This document shows, one piece after another, positions 30,413 through 42,469 of a stretch of DNA of 64,000 bases. The position numbers and the translations under genes were made by a program. Every line of letters begins with the position of its first letter. Within the stretch, counting starts at the first letter, position 1. The notes beneath the pieces are model-generated. The model worked only from the letters and a program-made list of their open reading frames with translations, did not search any database and was not told the DNA's origin. This DNA is from an uncultured bacterium (GTDB lineage: Bacteria > Verrucomicrobiota > Verrucomicrobiia > Limisphaerales > UBA8199). The stretch is taken from assembly GCA_963749495.1 (NCBI GenBank), contig CAVVMW010000015.1, positions 256,001-320,000 of the forward strand, given 5' to 3'.

Positions 30413-31519
30413 TCACCTCCGTTCGGACCTTCGTTGCCTGGGGAACACCGGTTGGGTCCAGGCCACCTGCCCGTCGGAGTTGGTGATGCGAGCGCGGACG
30501 TAAAGCTCCTGGCCGGTGAATTCGTAAACCGGGTTAAGGCTCTCGTCGAGCTTGAGCAGTTGTCCGCCCTTGCCGATGAACTCGGTGCGGTACAACTCGG
30601 GATTGGCGCCCGGCAGCGACCAGCCCAGGTCGTGCGTCCGATCACTGAGACCGATCCGAACGCTTGCGGCCGTGACCTCGTAGGTCTCGAGGATGACCCC
30701 CGTCGTGGCGTAGAAGTCCCCGCGATTCATCGCTTCAAGCAGCGCCTGGGTGGACAACTCTCTCGCACGCACCATGATCCACGCCCGGCCCGGATTGGCC
30801 AGGGGCGAACCGGCGGTGCGACTGGAGATGAATTCGTAGAAGTGGTGGCAGTCATCGACCGCCGTGGCGTACAGGATGCGTCCGGTGGAAAGGACGGCGT
30901 CCCATATCTGTTCGGTGGAGGGCTTGCCGCCGCCGCCCAGGTTGTTCATGCCCGGCTCGGCATTCCACACCTCGAAGAAGCGCGGAGTTGGCACTTTGTC
31001 TGAGGCGAGAAGATCCTCGGGCCTGAGCGCATAGGTGAGGTTGGGGTGGGCGGCGATGGGCAAGCCCCCGGCCCGGCGGATGGCCCTGGCTTCGCTGTCG
31101 AGCACCGCGGCTACGGTGTCCCCAGTCGGCAGGTCAGCCGGCCCGTTGATGCCGATGCCGATGGTGTCCACGATCTTGTTCCCCGCCTGGATGGGGTCCT
31201 TGCTCAACTCGGTGCCAGGGACGACCAGAAACCGGCCCGGCGCGTCGAAGAGCGCCTTGAGCCCCTCCGGGGGCGTGTAGTAGTTGAGGTCGGTCACGGC
31301 GACGAAGTTGAAGTTGTGCTCGCGGTACCAACGCACCACGACATCGGGCGCGGTGGTGGGCAGTTGCGGCACACCCCAGTTGGCGTGGGCATGAACGGCT
31401 CCTTTATACCAGGCGGCAGGCGCGGGCTGGGCGAGCACTTGCTCGGCGGAGGGTGGTGCCGCAGAAGCGAGGAAGGGAGCCAGGGAAAGTACCGCAAGGC
31501 TCGGCGCGATGGTTTTCAT
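30413..31519 (-). CDS. PHP-like (CehA/McbA) metallohydrolase
   Basis: Signal peptide, WYKGAVHAH, VTDLN, AHPN, VDDCH, GDFYATTG and AWTQPVF. Confidence 0.85.
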   Translation of the reverse strand: MKTIAPSLAVLSLAPFLASAAPPSAEQVLAQPAPAAWYKGAVHAHANWGVPQLPTTAPDVVVRWYREHNFNFVAVTDLNYYTPPEGLKALFDAPGRFLVVPGTELSKDPIQAGNKIVDTIGIGINGPADLPTGDTVAAVLDSEARAIRRAGGLPIAAHPNLTYALRPEDLLASDKVPTPRFFEVWNAEPGMNNLGGGGKPSTEQIWDAVLSTGRILYATAVDDCHHFYEFISSRTAGSPLANPGRAWIMVRARELSTQALLEAMNRGDFYATTGVILETYEVTAASVRIGLSDRTHDLGWSLPGANPELYRTEFIGKGGQLLKLDESLNPVYEFTGQELYVRARITNSDGQVAWTQPVFPRQRRSERR

Positions 31520-31913
31520 GGCTGCCTTGTAGCGCAGGACCGCTCCTCGGTCAAGGGCGCCGGCAGAATGATCGGGCAGCGGAACAAAGCAGAATCATCA
31601 GGGAAATACTCCTGTGATGGTTCTGTCAGCAGTGATTCTGGATGAGGTTGCCGCCAGAACGGGCGAAGCTGAGCACCGGGGCGGCGGGCACAAGGGGCGC
31701 GCGCGGCAGGCCACGAGGGCGCCTGCAGCGGGGTCGTTAATCCGCACGCGGTTGCCCTTGGCCTCCCACGAGGACCCTCGCAATTCGTTGCTTGACTTTT
31801 CCACGCAACTGCCTCACGATGCCGCCCAGAAGCCTGACTTAATCCAATATTGAGTCTGTTGGCGTGCAGGAACGAGAAATGCCCCGCAACGGGCCGCTAG
31901 GACAAACAAACCT

Positions 31914-34900
31914 ATGAGAATAGTCAAGACCCTGAAATGGATCGGATGGCTGCTTGGCGCAGCGATCCTAACCTCCTCAGTTCATGCCGATTACGTCTCC
32001 ACCGTCACAGCTCTGAATCCGGTGGGTTACTATCGGCTCAACGACACGACGCCGGTGCCATCGGACATCGCCACCAATAGCGGCACCGCCGGCGCCCTTG
32101 GAAACGGGTTCTACGTAAACGACAGCCCGTCCACTCCCATGCACCCCAGTACGCCCGGGGCGTTGGCGGGGAGCAGTGATCCGGCAGCCGCCTTCAACCC
32201 CGGCTATGTGCAGGTGCCATTCGACCCTGCCATTAATCCCACGGGGCCATTCACGGCGGAAGCCTGGCTGCAGCCGAGTGTCGTGCCCGCGGGGTTAACG
32301 GCGGTGATGGCTTACGGCCATCTGGAGAATCCGGCCGCCCCCGCGCTGGGCGGCAACCGCTCCGGGTGGTTGCTCTACCAGGACGATGGCTCGAGTTCGG
32401 GCGGCAGCGGTTTCAACTTGAGGATGTACAACCATGACGGCATCAACCGCGCGCTGACCTTGACGGGTGGTGACGTGCCCACGGGAGGCACCTGGTACCA
32501 CGTTGCGGTGTCTTACGACGGGACGAATGCCTTTTTGTATTTCAACGGCGTGCAAGTGGCGTCAGGGCAGGCGCTTGGCTTTGCCCCAAACGTTGACGGC
32601 AACTTCTCGGTCGGGACCCGCAACGACGTGGGCTATACTTACGCTGGCGGCTTCATCAATGAGGTCGCCGTTTACACCAACGCGTTGAGCCCGGCCACCA
32701 TCCTCGCTCATTACCAGAATGGGACCAACACATCCCCCGCAACGGCTTACGACGTGCTGGTGAAGTCCAGCAACCCGCTGCTCTACTACCGCTTCAATGA
32801 ACCGGCCTTCACGTGGCCCGCAGTCCTGCCCACCACTCCGAACCTGGGCAGTTGGGGTGCGGCCGAGAATGGCAATTATGAAGACGGCATAACGGTGGGC
32901 CAACCCGGGGTGCAATACCCTGGGTTTGACGCGGGCAACCTGGCCCCTCGCTTCAACGGTTTGCGAGGCACTGTGGTGATCACCAATCCGCCCTTGAACA
33001 CCCCCAACGTTACCTTCACCGCGTGGGTGAAGCGGCGCGGCCCCTCCGATTCCAGCCAGGGCACAGGAGGAAATGGTTGGGCAGGGATTGTCTTTCAGCG
33101 CGGCTCGGCACAGGCCACCGGCTACGGCTTCGGCGACAACAACGATCTGCGATATACATGGAATAACGATGCGAACTCCTACAACTGGGTGCCCTCGCCG
33201 AGAATGATCGTTCCAGACGGGCTCTGGAGTTTCGTGGCCGCGGTCTTCACTCCCACTCAGACCGTTCTCTGCTTGAACGGCGTGTTCGCCACGAACGTCC
33301 TGGCTCAGGCGCAACACGATTTCAGCGCTGACCAGCTATTCATTGGGCAAGACCCGCTGGGAAACCGCATCGTGGATGGCTTCATCGACGAGGTGGCTAT
33401 CTTTGACAAGGCCCTGACCGCCCAGCAACTACTGCAGTTGTATGCGGCCGCATCCATGCCTCCAGTCATTGTTGGCCAACCCCAGCCCCCCGCGGGCACG
33501 CTCTACGAGGGCATGTCTGTGGCGTTCAGTGTGGCGGCGGCGGGCGCTCAGCCCTTGTCTTATCAATGGACCAAGAACGGCGGCCCGCTCAGCGGCGCGA
33601 CCACGTCGGCCTTATCCATGAGTAATCTCCATGCCAGCGACAGTGGAAACTACGCCGTCGTGGTGACGAACTCCTTCGGCAGCATCACCAGTGCGGTCGT
33701 CGGGCTCACGGTCCTGGCGGGTCCGCCGATCCTGGTGACGGCGCCGAACTCCGTTTCCCATTACCCCGGCGGCACGGCGCAGTTCACCGCAGCCGCGTTG
33801 GGGAGCACGCCCATCACTTACCAGTGGCTGAAGGGCTCGACCCCTATTCCCGGCGCAACCAATCAAACCCTGACGATCCCGCTGCTTCAGGCCTCAGATG
33901 TCGGGAGCTACTCCGTCATCGCGGCCAATCCTTACGGCCAGACCAACTCGCCGGCGGCGACCATCACACTGTTACCAGTGGCTCCCAACGCCGTCAGCGC
34001 GATCCTCTCATGCAGTCCGGTGGCCTATTGGCGGCTCAATGAAACCAATGGCAGCACGGCGTTCAACTCCGTCGGCGGCTTCGATGGCACGTTTAACCCC
34101 GCGAAGACCCAAAACGGCGTAGCCGGGCTCCAACCGCCTTCCTTCACTGGTTTCGAGGCCGGCAACACTGCTTATTCTTTTGATGGCAACACCAGCAATA
34201 TCAATTGCCCGCCGCTGAACATCACGACGGCAACCGCGACCATCCTCGCGTTCATTCAGCCGCAAGGCCTCCCGCCGGCAACCGACCCGCCCGGCCTGGT
34301 CTTCTGCCGGGGCAGCTCTGGCGAGGTCGTGGGGATCAATCTCCGCGTGACCACCGGCAACCTGGGCTATGATTGGAATGACAATTCGAACGACTACAAC
34401 TGGGACCCGGGCTCACACCCACCACCGGTAAATGGAACTTCGTCGCCCTGGTGGTCGAGACCACCCAGGCAACCATGTACTTGGATTCAGGCTCGGGTAT
34501 CACGACCGCGACCAACGCGATCGCTCATGGCGCGGAGACCTGGTTCGCACCCATGCACCTGGGTACCGACTCGTTGGGCAACCGAATCTTCCATGGCCTG
34601 TTGGATGAAGTGGCCATTTTCGATCATGCGCTGAGTCCGACTGACATCCGAGCGATCCATGACGCGGCCTATAGCAACATTTACACGCCCGAGCCGCCGT
34701 CCATCACGATGCAACCGCAGTCGCAAGCGTTGTTCGTGGGCGACCCCTGCACGTTCAATGCCACGGCGTCCGGAAGCCCGCCGCTGACCTTCCAATGGAT
34801 GAAGAATGGTGCCAGTATTCCGGGGCAAATCCGGGGCACCTTGAGTTTCCCCAGCGTCTCGGTGTCCGATGCGGGCACTTACCAATGGGCTGTCACCCAG

Positions 34901-35845
34901 GGCAGCACCAGCATCACCAGCGCCCCCGCTGTCCTGAGCGTGGAGGCCATCCCGGCGTATGTGAACCTCACCAATAACATGGTTCTGCATCTGAAGTTCG
35001 ACGGCGATTATAAAGACTCGTCGGGCCTGGGTAACGATGCCACCGCCGTCGGATCGCCCACTTTCGTGCCCGGCAAACTGGGCAAGGCGGTCTATGTGAA
35101 CACGGCTAGCGGCCCCGGCACGTTCAACTATGTCGACAAAGCCTGGTCGGCAGACTTCGCCTTCACCGTCGCCGACAGCTTCTCGGTCTCCTTCTGGATC
35201 AACTACACCAGTTGGGCCAACGATCTGCCGATGATCGGCAATTCCGCCGGTTCGACCTACCAATTGGGCTGGGTGTTCACCGAAGATTATGGAAAGGCAG
35301 AATTCTCACTCGTGAGCACGGCTAACAGCGGCACTTACATATTCGATCCGGCCCCGGGAAGTCCGCTGATCGGCGATGGGGCCTGGCACAATATCGCAGG
35401 CGTGGTCAACCGCGGAGCGCAAACCTCTTCCGTCTATGTGGATGGCACTCCGGCCGGGAGCATGTCTATTGTCGGCCTCGACACGTTGGATTACGGCAGG
35501 GATATGGTGATCGGCCAGGACCCTACCGGCACATACGGTGTCAACGGCGCTGGCAGCATCGACAACGTCGGCGTCTGGCGGAGGGCCCTCACCCCCATCG
35601 AGGCCCGGTCGATCTACTTCGCCGGCCAAAGCGGTCACAGTTTCGACGTGCCCGCGCCGCCCAGCCTGTCGCTGTCGATCAGCATCGTCGGCGGAAACCT
35701 GCAGATCCATTGGTCCGCCGGAACGCTGCAGTCCTCCACCAAGGTGGACACCGGTTACACAGCGGTGCCTGGGGCAACCCCGCCAGTTTATACTGTGCCG
35801 CTGCCCACCACCGGCTCGATGTTCTATCGCGCCAAGATCCAGTAA
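31914..35845 (+). CDS. Giant secreted LamG + Ig-domain protein (frameshift near 34415)
   Basis: Signal peptide, PVGYYRLN/LamG modules and Ig domains (PLSYQWTKNG..SDSGNY); ends ...SMFYRAKIQ. Confidence 0.85.
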
Positions 35846-36054
35846 TCTTCCTCTCGCTGCGCGTTGGAGGCAACTCCAACGCGCAGCGACGGCACCGGCA
35901 GGTCGCATGGGGGCACCGCCCCTAAACGCCCTCTGCCCGCGCAAAGCGCGGCACTCTCCTGCCACGGAGAGGCCGCAGATAATAGCTCGGGGCAAGACCC
36001 GCCGGAGTGTAGCGGAAGCGGGTCGCCGCACTGGGTAGAGCGGAAAGATCACCA

Positions 36055-36120
36055 TTCCCCCCATAGGCTCCCAGCGTGTGCGCTCGGAGCGAACACGCTG
36101 GGAGCCTATGGGATGGGGAA
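36055..36120. repeat. Long intergenic hairpin
   Basis: Perfect 20-bp arms CCCATAGGCTCCCAGCGTGT (36060-36079) and ACACGCTGGGAGCCTATGGG (36093-36112). Confidence 0.85.
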
Positions 36121-36377
36121 AAGGGGGAGGGTCCCCATCGGCGCCCCAGGGGCAGTGCCGGGATGGGTCCGTACCGGCAAGAGGAGCGCCTCGGGTCGCA
36201 TCCCCTCGCCCTGCCAGGAGTCCGTCGCAGAAGTTGCTGGCTTGAAGCGCCGGCCGTTTGGCTTTCCACTTCGGGAGCAGATTCCGCAAGTTGGTCCGTT
36301 GCTTGACCTTCCTAGCCGCTCCCTCCCTCAGCGCCTCAATGGCCTGGGCCAGTTCGCTTCGGAAGGTCTGCCAATCC

Positions 36378-36865
36378 TCAGGCGGTCGCCACGTCTCGCG
36401 AAGCGGCCGTGCGCTATAAAACCTACCTTGACGAGGCGCTGAAGGCGAAGGTTGCGGAGTTGGAGGTGGCCAACCCGCTGTGCATTGACCTTGACCGTTT
36501 GCGTGTGCTGGAAACAGCGGTAGTGATTTCCGGGACCAACAACGATGAGCCGCACGTCAGAGCATTCACGGGCGAGGATTACCACAGGCGGGCAATCCGC
36601 CGTTTCAAGCTGCCCTTTGACGCGGAGGAAGCGGAAGGCGACGAATCTTTCAATGGCCCCGTGGGGATAGTGGTTGTCCACAACATGCTCGTCACCGGCT
36701 TTGACGCACCGATTGAGCGGGTGCTTTACCTGGACAAGGTCGTCACCGACCACAACCTGCTCCAAACCATCGCCCGCGTGAACCGCATCGGCAACGAGCA
36801 CAAGGATAAGGGCTTCGTGGTGGATTACGTCGGGCTCGGCCACCACATCAAGCGGGCGCTGGGCG
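36378..36865 (+). pseudogene. hsdR: Type I restriction enzyme R subunit, internal fragment
   Basis: SREAAVRYK, VVHNMLVTGFDAP, LYLDK, HNLLQTIARVNR and GFVVDYVG. Confidence 0.85.
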
Positions 36866-37045
36866 CGGTAGCGAGCTTGCCGTCGGCATGGCTTGCCTTC
36901 CGGGAGTCGAGGTCGCCTACATCTGCGACGTGGATAACCGGAACATCCCCAAGGCCATCGAATCGGTCATGACCAAGGGCAAGCAAGCCCGGATTCCCAA
37001 AGGGGTGCGGGACTTCGGACGCATCCTCGAGGACAAGGCCGTTAG
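36862..37045 (+). pseudogene. Gfo/Idh/MocA oxidoreductase fragment
   Basis: GRGS..LPGVEVAYICDVD...DFGRILEDKAV. Confidence 0.7.
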
Positions 37046-37343
37046 CCCGTTATTGTCACTATTAGTGTCTCATTGACGCACACTCTACTGCCTCTGAGGG
37101 GTCGTAATAGAGTATAACGAACCCAGTGGATGCGGCAAGCAGGTCTATTGCACCCGACCGATCATCGGAGAGGGCGAGGAATCGTCTCGGCCCGTGATAC
37201 CGCAGCCGGGAGCGAACAGCCCGGCCCCGTTTCCGTCCTTGCCACAGCCCCCTGGTTGTGGCAATACAGTGAGGTTCCACTGTCGGGTGACAGCGTTCAG
37301 ACATTTTTCAATTGCGGAATCAAGCTCCAGTGCGAGGCAAATC

Positions 37344-38523
37344 ATGAAACCCGAGAGCAACATGAGCGGCGGTCCAGCTCCCGCTGGCCAGGAAGTGTCA
37401 CGGAGGACCTTTGTAAAGAGCCTGGGTGCAATTGGGGTGGGCAGCGCCTTTCTTTCCCCCGGCGCGACCCGCCCGGCCCAAGCCCAGTATGGTCCGACGA
37501 GCGTTCAATGGGCTTTCCCCCAAGCAACTCACCGACATGTACGTCTGCATGCTCAAGATTCGTTTGTGGGAATCCAAAGTCAAAGATTTGCTCCTGTTGG
37601 GCGGCTTTCGCGGCGTCGCTCACCTGTATGTCGGGGAGGAAGCTGTTGCGGTGGGCGTGTGCAGCGCCCTGCGCAAAGACGACTACATCGCGAGCAATCA
37701 TCGTGGGCACGGCCACCTGATTGCCAAGGGGGGCGATCTCCGTCTCATGCTGGCGGAGATCACGCATAAAGCCACAGGCTACTGCAAGGGTTATGGCGGG
37801 TCGTTGCACATTACCGACATGAGCCTGGGCATCCTGGGCATGAACGGGATTGTTGGGGCGGCGCATCTCTTCGCTGCCGGGGCGGCCTATGGCATTCGGG
37901 TGAAGGGAACAGAGCAGGTGGCAGTCAGCTTTGGCGGGGACGGTTCCATCCAAGGCAACTTCTTTTCCAGCGCGGCCAACAGCGCCGCCGTCTGGAAGCT
38001 CCCCTGGATTGGGGTCATCGAAAACAACAACTTCCAAATCTGGGTCCGGGCCTCAGACGTTTATGCCACCGCAGATTTGGCGCAACGGGCGGCGGGCTAT
38101 GGGATCGAGGGGCGCGTGGTGGATGGCAATAACGTCCTGGCGGTCTATAACATCGCCAAGTACGCCGTGAATAAGGCCCGTGCCGGCGGCGGTCCGACTA
38201 TTATCGAGTGCAAGACCTATCGCTGGTATGACCACTATGGCGCGGGCGGCGCCCGGGTGGGGGTGGACGGGGCCTTCGGCCTGGGCTACCGCTCCGACCG
38301 CGAATTGCGGGACTGGATGGCCAAGGACCCCATCCCGCGGTTCCGCAGGTTCCTGGTCAGCGAGAAGGTGCTCACCGAAGAGCGGGCCGATGAGTTGGTG
38401 GCGGAGGTTCGCCAAACGGTCGAGGACGCCTCCAAATTCGCCGAAGCGCAGCCGGTGCCCAAGCCGGAAGACGGTCTGCTGAACGTCTTCGCCAAAGGCG
38501 CGGTCCCGCTTCACACCAGTTAA
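37344..38523 (+). CDS. TPP-dependent dehydrogenase E1 alpha subunit with apparent Tat signal (frameshift near 37500)
   Basis: HLYVGEEA, HRGHGH, GGSLH, GDG...ENN TPP motif and KTYRWYDH. The upstream frame encodes SRRTFVK..AQA. Confidence 0.85.
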
Positions 38524-38543
38524 GAGGAAGGGAGGCCACTGCA

Positions 38544-39515
38544 ATGCCAAAGAACATGAACTATGCAATCCTGGAAGCCATCCAGGGTGAAATGCGGCGG
38601 GACAAGCTGTTGACGCTCTTTTATGAATACCAAACTCCGGCGGCCGGATGGGAGAACCGCACCATCAACCTGGAATCGGAGTTCGGCCGCTGGCGGGTGC
38701 GCTTCTGCGCGATCGACGAGCAGTGGATCGTCGGTGGCGTGCTAGGCATGTCGTTGAGCGGGGTGCCTGCCATCGCCCATATCCCAAGCATGACGACCTT
38801 CATCCCCTACGAACTGATGTTCAACCATGCGGGCAAACTCCGGCACATGACTGGCGGCCAGGCCTCCTTCCCGATGGTCCTGTGGGCGGACATGATGGGC
38901 CGGCAGCCGTTTCAGGCCGGCCAACACGCCGATGCGGGGCTGGAGTCTTCGTACGCCCGGTTGGCGGGCCTCAAGGTGGTGATTCCCTCGACGCCCTACG
39001 ATGCCAAGGGCCTAATGATCTCTGCCATCCGCGACATGGACCCGGTCGTCTTCTGTCACTACTCCATGCCCTCGTCCGGCCCGGAGGTCCCAGATGAGCC
39101 CTACACGGTTCCAATCGGAGAGGCGGCAATCCGGAAGGAGGGGACCGACCTTACCATGGTTGGCTACGCCCCCCAGACGGCGCAGATAGCCAAGGCAGTC
39201 GCGCAACTGGAGCAAGAGGGGGTCAGCGCGGAGTTCATCGATCCCCGGACGCTGGCGCCCTTGGAGGGGGTCATGGAAGCCATACTCAAGTCCGTGAAGA
39301 AGACCGGCAAGCTCCTGACTTCCGACGACGGGTCGTACAGCTTCTGCAATTGCGCCGAGATCATTGCGCGCGTGGCCGAGGCTGTGCCCGGAGTCAAGGT
39401 CAAGCGGTTGGCGTTCCCGGATGCTCCCCCGCCGGGGGCGCCCGAGATGATCAACTACATGCGGGTGGATGCGGCCAAGATCGTGGCCGCCGCAAGGAAG
39501 CTGGTGAGGGGTTAG
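38544..39515 (+). CDS. TPP-dependent dehydrogenase E1 beta subunit
   Basis: AIDEQ, GLKVVIPSTPYDAKGL and IDPRTLAPL; RBS GGAGG. Confidence 0.9.
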   Translation: MPKNMNYAILEAIQGEMRRDKLLTLFYEYQTPAAGWENRTINLESEFGRWRVRFCAIDEQWIVGGVLGMSLSGVPAIAHIPSMTTFIPYELMFNHAGKLRHMTGGQASFPMVLWADMMGRQPFQAGQHADAGLESSYARLAGLKVVIPSTPYDAKGLMISAIRDMDPVVFCHYSMPSSGPEVPDEPYTVPIGEAAIRKEGTDLTMVGYAPQTAQIAKAVAQLEQEGVSAEFIDPRTLAPLEGVMEAILKSVKKTGKLLTSDDGSYSFCNCAEIIARVAEAVPGVKVKRLAFPDAPPPGAPEMINYMRVDAAKIVAAARKLVRG

Positions 39516-39636
39516 GGGTTCGACAGCCTCAATATTCGGCGTGGCAGGGTCACCTTGATCCCTGGCAGCGTCCGGCTAATCTCATTTGTTGTTAGACAAA
39601 AAACGCCCGTGGCGGCGCTTACGAAGGTGAAATCGC

Positions 39637-39983
39637 GTGAATGGCGGTTGGCCACATGAAACGCCCGCTTCATCGGACTGGGAGCGGTGGCTGGCCGGGC
39701 ACGGCCCGGTGCTGCTGCTGTTTGCCCGGCAACAAGCCCGTTGCGAGGCCGACGCCCAGGACCTGGTCCAGGAGGCGGTGGTCGAATGCTGGCGCCGTCG
39801 GGCGGTCGATGCGCCTCCGCCTCTGGCCATGGTGTTCGCGACCATCCAGCGCCGGGCCGTGGACTTTGCCCGGAGCGAGGACCGCCGCGCTGGCAGGGAG
39901 TTGGGGGCGAACCTCGACGCGCCTCAGTGTTGGTTCGACTCCGGAGTCGAGGAACGGGATCGGGCCCGATTGCTCCAGGAAGC
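39637..39983 (+). pseudogene. ECF sigma factor 5' half, lacking region 4
   Basis: LLLFARQ..DAQDLVQEA..RRAVDFARSEDRR; fused in frame to the next gene. Confidence 0.7.
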
Positions 39984-41070
39984 AAGACATCTTAGAGCAG
40001 ACAATACAGGCGCGTGGTTGATGGTCGCGGCCAGCGCCTTGGCGGTGGGTTTGGCGGCCCAACCGGCCGCCGGGCAAGAGCAACGCACGGTGGCGGTGCA
40101 ATCCATGGTGGTCGGGGACGATGAGGGCCAACCGGCCAAAGAAACCGCCGCGCAGCAGAAGCGAATCGTTATCGAGACGATCGAACCGGAAAGTGGAAAA
40201 CAGGGCGCCAAGGAGGTGGCGTGGCTGGGTGTGTCCACGGACGAAACGACCGACGCCCTCGCGTTGCAGTTGGGCCTGAATTCCGGGGAGGGCTTGGTGG
40301 TGACTTATGTGGCGGCCGACAGCCCAGCGGCCAAGGCCGGCCTTCAGAAGTACGACGTGCTGGTGGAGTTCGGCGACCAGTTGCTCGTCCACCCGGCGCA
40401 GTTGCGCAAACTCGTGCAAATGCACAGGAGGGCGACACGATCAAACTGGGCATCTATCGGGCCGGCAAAAAGCAGCCGGTCTCCGCCACGCTCGGCAAGA
40501 CCGCGCGTGGTGGGGGATCCACGCTCGAAGATGGCGTGTTCCCCCGGAAGCTTGGAGGAACTGCAACGCCGGCTCGGCGACCTCAAACTCGGCGAGAACA
40601 TGACAGAACAGATGAAAGCAATCCGTGAGGCGCTGGCCAAGGCAGGCGTGGACAAGGACAAGATCCGGTTCGAGGTCGAACGCAGTGTCGAGGAGGCCCG
40701 CAAAGCCGTGCGCGAGGCCTTGCGCCACACCCAGAAGGCCCTGAGGCCCGCGACCAAGGACCTGGAGGACATGGCCGAGGGTGGGGTGGAGGTTAGGAAA
40801 GGAGCGACCGTAGTCGTCAAGAAGGATCGCAAATCAGTCAAGACCATGGTCAAGTCCGACAACTCGGGCACCTATGTCATTGTGGCCGCCCCAACGAGAC
40901 ACCTCACCGTTCATGACAGCGACGGCAAGTTGATCTTCGATGGCCCAATCGAGACGCAACCGCAACGAGAGAAGGTCCCCAAGGAGGTATGGGTAAAGGT
41001 CAAACCCATGCTGCGCGAGATGGGAACAATCAAAGAGGAGGAAGCGGAAAAAGAGCAGGGGGCCGAGTAG
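39984..41070 (+). CDS. PDZ-domain exported protein (start lost; probable compensating frameshifts at about 40430-40540)
   Basis: Signal-like stretch, then AWLGV..GLVVTYVAADSPAAKAGLQKYDVL. Confidence 0.7.
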
Positions 41071-41313
41071 GCGAGCCATGAAAGGAGTGGGGACACCTCG
41101 CCCCGAGATGATCGCGGGGATAAGGTGTGCTTGCCCCGTTCCACAGAGCGACGCCCCTGACGATGCGAGAGGGGGTACTAGACTCAGGAGGGCGACGGAT
41201 TTAATGGCACCTCAATCGCCTTCCCATCATGACCGTCATTTGGTAATAGAGGCCATTGGCGAATGCGAACAACACTGGTAACTATCCCTCACCTCCACCC
41301 GGCCCTGGGCGCC

Positions 41314-41586
41314 ATGAGGCGGCGTCAATTCCTCAAAGCCACCGGGGCCATGGCCGTCTGCGCCACCCTGCCGCGACTGCCCGGCGCCACTGCCCGGCGC
41401 TTCAAAACCCAACTCTTTCCCAGCGACCTGCCCAGCTCTCAATGGGGGCAGTTCCAAGCTGCCGGATTTACCCAACCCGCCTGCGGAGTCATTTACCGCC
41501 TCAAAGACAAAGTGACCAACGGTCTCGCCCTGGGCCTGACTGAGGATGATCTGGCCGCCGTCAAGCTGCTCGCAGAGAAGAAGTAG
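41314..41586 (+). pseudogene. Tat-signal protein N-terminal fragment (GH116-like) fused to an unrelated tail
   Basis: MRRRQFLK signal; ends NGLALG, followed by an unrelated LTEDDLAAVKLLAEKK*. Confidence 0.45.
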
Positions 41587-41649
41587 GCCAGCCAAATCCC
41601 AGAGTGACGCTCGTCAGGAATGGCGGGCGGTAATGCGGGAGCAAGCCGG

Positions 41650-42390
41650 TCACAACCCCGGCGCGTTGGTGCTTATGCCGGCGCTCGCAGCGAGAACGGG
41701 GTCCATGCGCCGCAGCACATTGCTGGCACAAGACCGGATTGCGTGATCCGAGTCGCGGAGTAGCTGGACTAAGGTGTTCGTCGGGTTCCCTTCCGCCATC
41801 CGGTCGCCCGCCAGCACGAGCATGGCGGTGTAGGAGACCAGACTCGCCCGATCCTGAAGTGCCTCAACCAGCGCCAGCCTGGCACCCTGTTCCTCGATTC
41901 CGATGCGCCCCAATGACCCGACGGCGAGCCACCGCACTACAGGGACTTTATCTCCTGTCGCTACCCGACTCAATGCCGGGATTGCCCGCTTGGCCCCGGG
42001 ACCAATCTCACCCAAAGCCTCCACCGCGTTCAAACGAATGTACACTGGCAAAAACGGCTTGGGCAACCATTTCTGCGCCCACGTGGGCAGCTTCCTCCAA
42101 ACCGTGCAATAATTGTGGCGGATACGGCCATCGTGTCTGTCCAACGCCTTGATGAGGTAAGGCACCGCGTTTGAGTCCACTCGCGGTAATGTCTGGCCAC
42201 TGAGATGAGGAGGGAAGGCGCTAACGTTGGCGACAGGTCCAGGATACTGACCGGAGCGTTCAATCCAGTAACCCAGTGGCTTCCCTTGGTAAACTGGCCC
42301 CTGCTCGTGTGTGCGCGACGCCTCCCATGTCGCCAGTCCCATGGCGAAGGCGAACAATACGGCCAGCACAATATAAGCCCGTTTCCGCAT
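41650..42390 (-). CDS. Membrane-anchored HEAT-repeat protein
   Basis: The likely start is MRKRAYIVLAVL at 42390; GPVYQGKPLGYW and HEAT units; paralog of 15457-16287. Confidence 0.85.
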   Translation of the reverse strand: MRKRAYIVLAVLFAFAMGLATWEASRTHEQGPVYQGKPLGYWIERSGQYPGPVANVSAFPPHLSGQTLPRVDSNAVPYLIKALDRHDGRIRHNYCTVWRKLPTWAQKWLPKPFLPVYIRLNAVEALGEIGPGAKRAIPALSRVATGDKVPVVRWLAVGSLGRIGIEEQGARLALVEALQDRASLVSYTAMLVLAGDRMAEGNPTNTLVQLLRDSDHAIRSCASNVLRRMDPVLAASAGISTNAPGL

Positions 42391-42469
42391 GGCCCGAATA
42401 TGCCCAAAGTGGTCAGCACAGCAACCCCATAATCGCGGAGTGGCCGGTGGCGGAGGAAGCCGCGCTGGC

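Noticed and set aside
39513..39535. GGGGTTCGAC resembling a tRNA T-loop
   Set aside because: No cloverleaf or CCA end can be built around it.
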